A DNA stretch of 64,000 nt from Octopus sinensis (Eukaryota), in assembly GCF_006345805.1 (NCBI RefSeq), contig NC_043005.1, positions 21,018,001 to 21,082,000 on the forward strand, given 5' to 3'. The position numbers were made by a program, and so were the translations under genes. The notes beneath the pieces were generated by a model. It searched no databases. It saw only the letters and a program-made list of their open reading frames with translations, and was not told the origin of the DNA. Positions 61,034 to 64,000 of the stretch are shown here, in pieces (within the stretch, counting starts at the first letter, position 1; every line of letters begins with the position of its first letter).

Positions 61034-62468
61034 GTAATTATACTTTGTGTTTCACTATTGATTTTCTTTCCTTCTTTTTCTGAAATTTGCGATTCCATTT
61101 TTACTTCATAGTATATCGATAACTATTTCTGTAAAGAAATCAACAGCTTTACTTATGAAGAGAGATATAAACATATTCCTGCAAAACAATTTTTAAAATC
61201 AGTATTAGGAACTGTACCTACTGCTGAGGCATTCTCATACAGTATTTGTTCACCTTGAACTCATTAATGCATGTTCTAATTCTTTTTATGCATTTCAGTT
61301 ATGAAGTGCATTGAAAGATTCATTCAAAGAAATCAGTCTCAGTACTCTTTTAAGACCTCTTACTTATTATCTAATTCTGTTTTGCTGGGATATAAACAAA
61401 CTAACACCTGTTGTCAAGAAGTTGTGGAAGTCAAATCCAAACACACACACATTGAGCTACATGTACATATACATACCTATACATATTATATTGTTGTGAA
61501 ATGCAGTCTCCTGACACCTACACAACTAAAACAGCCAAGTCAGCAGCTAGGAAACCACAGGCAAGCCCAGCAAGCCAACTTGCTTAGAGTGTAAGAAGTA
61601 GTCATACCCAGCTGGATGTCTTGCATAATGTGGTTCTTTGTCACCTGGTTCACTTCATCTTTTCTCCAACTGTCTTCATTACCAACTTCACACTGACTGT
61701 AGTCCCTGGTCACCTGCCTTCACACCAACTGTTCACATTGCCAAACCCACACTATGTGTTCACCCACTAGTTTATATAGTCCACCTCACAGTAAAAGTTC
61801 ACAAAAGAAAGCATGCAGCATGCTTTAAATCAGTCACGTGATCAACATTGTTTCTCATTAGAGTTAATTATTGATCCATTATTGGTTTTGTTTTGTATAG
61901 CTAGAGAGCAGTATTTTGAGTTGTACCATATAAAATTATATTTATCAGAATATTTTCTACCCACTCCTTAGACCTTTGTCAACCTGACAAAAGTATGCAA
62001 CATTTATAACTGCAGTCCTTATAGTGATTGTCTTGCCCTTTTTCTTCTTGGTCTTCCCCAGTACCTTTGTCAACAGATGTATCCAACCTCCCAAGGAAGT
62101 CCCAGCTGAACTGGCTAGGCCCATAGTACTTTCATAGATGATTCACATTCACAATCTTAGGATGAGCCCTCTTGCCTCCTCGAATCCAGTATGATATGTC
62201 AAACAGGCAATTCAACACTGTATAGTGTCTTTCTCATAGACTCTGCAGCTTTGGTGACAGCTTCTTCTTCCACTGGAAATTATGTAGCCACACTTCATCT
62301 CCCTCCTTAAAGTTTATCTCACTAGTCCTGACATCATGCCAACGTTTCATCACTCCACCTGAAAATTTCAGAGCTCAATAATCCATACAGTACTTCATTG
62401 AACTGTCTTTCTTTTGACACCAAAACATCTGCTGCTGGTCAGGGACTGCCTGTTTCATTTTCTTTTTG

Positions 62469-62501
<33 letters not shown>

Positions 62502-64000
62502 TACATACATACATACATACATACACACACTTATATATAATGATGGAATTTCCCTTTGAAGATGACGTATGAGAGTTCAGTTTTTGATGAACAACCTAGA
62601 TGAAGGATTTGTTTGTAGTGATAAATGCATGTGCCATACATTAGTTCACTCCCTCAATCAAATTGATATTGCTTGTACAGGTGCATAAGTGTGCACACAA
62701 TAGATATTGAAATGATCACAGAGCAATGTGAATTGAAGAGTTTTGTTTCTTTTTTTATCATTCAAAGTGCTCCTACAACCACTGGTATTATAACTGTCTT
62801 AAGCAAATCTTTATATTTTTGTTCTTGTCAAATTCTTTTGCTGAGATATTATGATCACAAGGAATGCTCATGTCAATCAATAAACGAACCTTATTGTTTT
62901 AGTCTTTCACAACAATATTTGATGGTTTTTGTCTGTATGTACTGGAAAGTCCAAAGGAATCTTTACATTTTCTCCATCAGTTACAGCCTTGGGGTAGTGC
63001 TTATACCATTTGTCAGCAGTTTTGATTTTATAATGCTGACATATTAGCCAACTCTGCCATGTTTTTATTTATACTTTATAGGTGCTAAAACTTTACATCC
63101 AGTGTTTAGGTGATCCACTGTTTTAATCTCATTGTTGCAGTATCAGCACTTTGGATCTACTCCATTTTTCATCATATCAGCTTAGTAGTTCCAGGTCAAT
63201 AAGCTTTGATCTTGGGCTGCTAAGATAAAAAGCTTTGCTCTCTGCCTTTAGCCCTGAGCTCTGTAACCACTGATGGATGTGCTTCTGGTCTACATCTGCT
63301 TGTTTGCTATGAGCCACATATTTGCCATGCAGAGGTTTTTGTTCCCACCTATCAGTTCACACACTTTTTTCTTTGCCATTTATTTCACCTTCTTTACAAC
63401 AACAGTTGCTGCACTTCCATCATGCTGTCTTGTCTGGGCATTATTCATGAAATTAGTAGCAAACGTTTTGCTCCTCTTCATAACAGAATGGAATTTCTTA
63501 TGTTTCTCCATGATTTTCAATGAGTTTTAGCATCAAGTCATTAGATGTTTCAAAATGTTTGGCCAGTCCAATTGTTGTGGTTCTGTAAGAGATTTCAAAT
63601 TGGATCAAGCAAAAAATCCTGGGGCTTTGGGAAAGTAAAGGTGACCCACATCTGCCTTTGGAGGTGCATCTTACTGCACATTGCAGCTATAAATAAGAAA
63701 TGGAACTGCTCAGGAATTTATGGCTAACAACTTGTTACATGCATTTATCTCAGATTTCAGGACTACTCAAGCTATCCTGTAACATTCCTTCGTGATCTTC
63801 TCTTTCATGCTTGCATGCTGAATGCCAGAACCTTCATTATCATCATCATCATTATTATTATTATTATAAATAGCCAACAAATAGTGGGTTTCCATAGTAA
63901 AGGAATACCCATCCATAGGTGCAAGGATAAGCTGAACCACAATCACAAAAATACCAATAGCTTAATTTAATATCTTAAGAAAGTTATTACCCTATTGATC

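Noticed and set aside
61100-64000. Expected next B exon
   Set aside because: No C-x3-C...SYEYN...WD pattern with splice sites is visible; the exon presumably lies beyond the window. Short ORFs here are unsupported.

Overview
This is AT-rich, repeat-dense eukaryotic DNA. The SINE/LINE families look like those of octopus or another coleoid cephalopod, which is an inference from recognisable repeat sequences. The window lies inside one large plus-strand spliced gene. I can place 15 exons with canonical AG/GT boundaries, all phase 1-1 and stop-free, joining to 3150 nt (about 1050 aa). Each exon encodes one module: a compact Sushi/CCP domain (S, 171 nt) or one of two PAN/Apple subtypes (A, 237-240 nt; B, 231-234 nt). 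The order is S-A-B-S-A-B-S-A-B-S-A-B-S-S-A; the start and stop codons are outside the window. Homologous intron flanks show the array grew by tandem duplication of whole exon+intron units, with an apparent two-unit higher-order period. The introns hold decayed Gypsy, RTE, CR1-like, R2/R4/Hero-like, Tc1/mariner and SINE copies. They also hold Penelope-like remnants, including two long inverted repeats whose arms carry type I hammerhead ribozyme motifs, plus three further degenerate hammerhead motifs.
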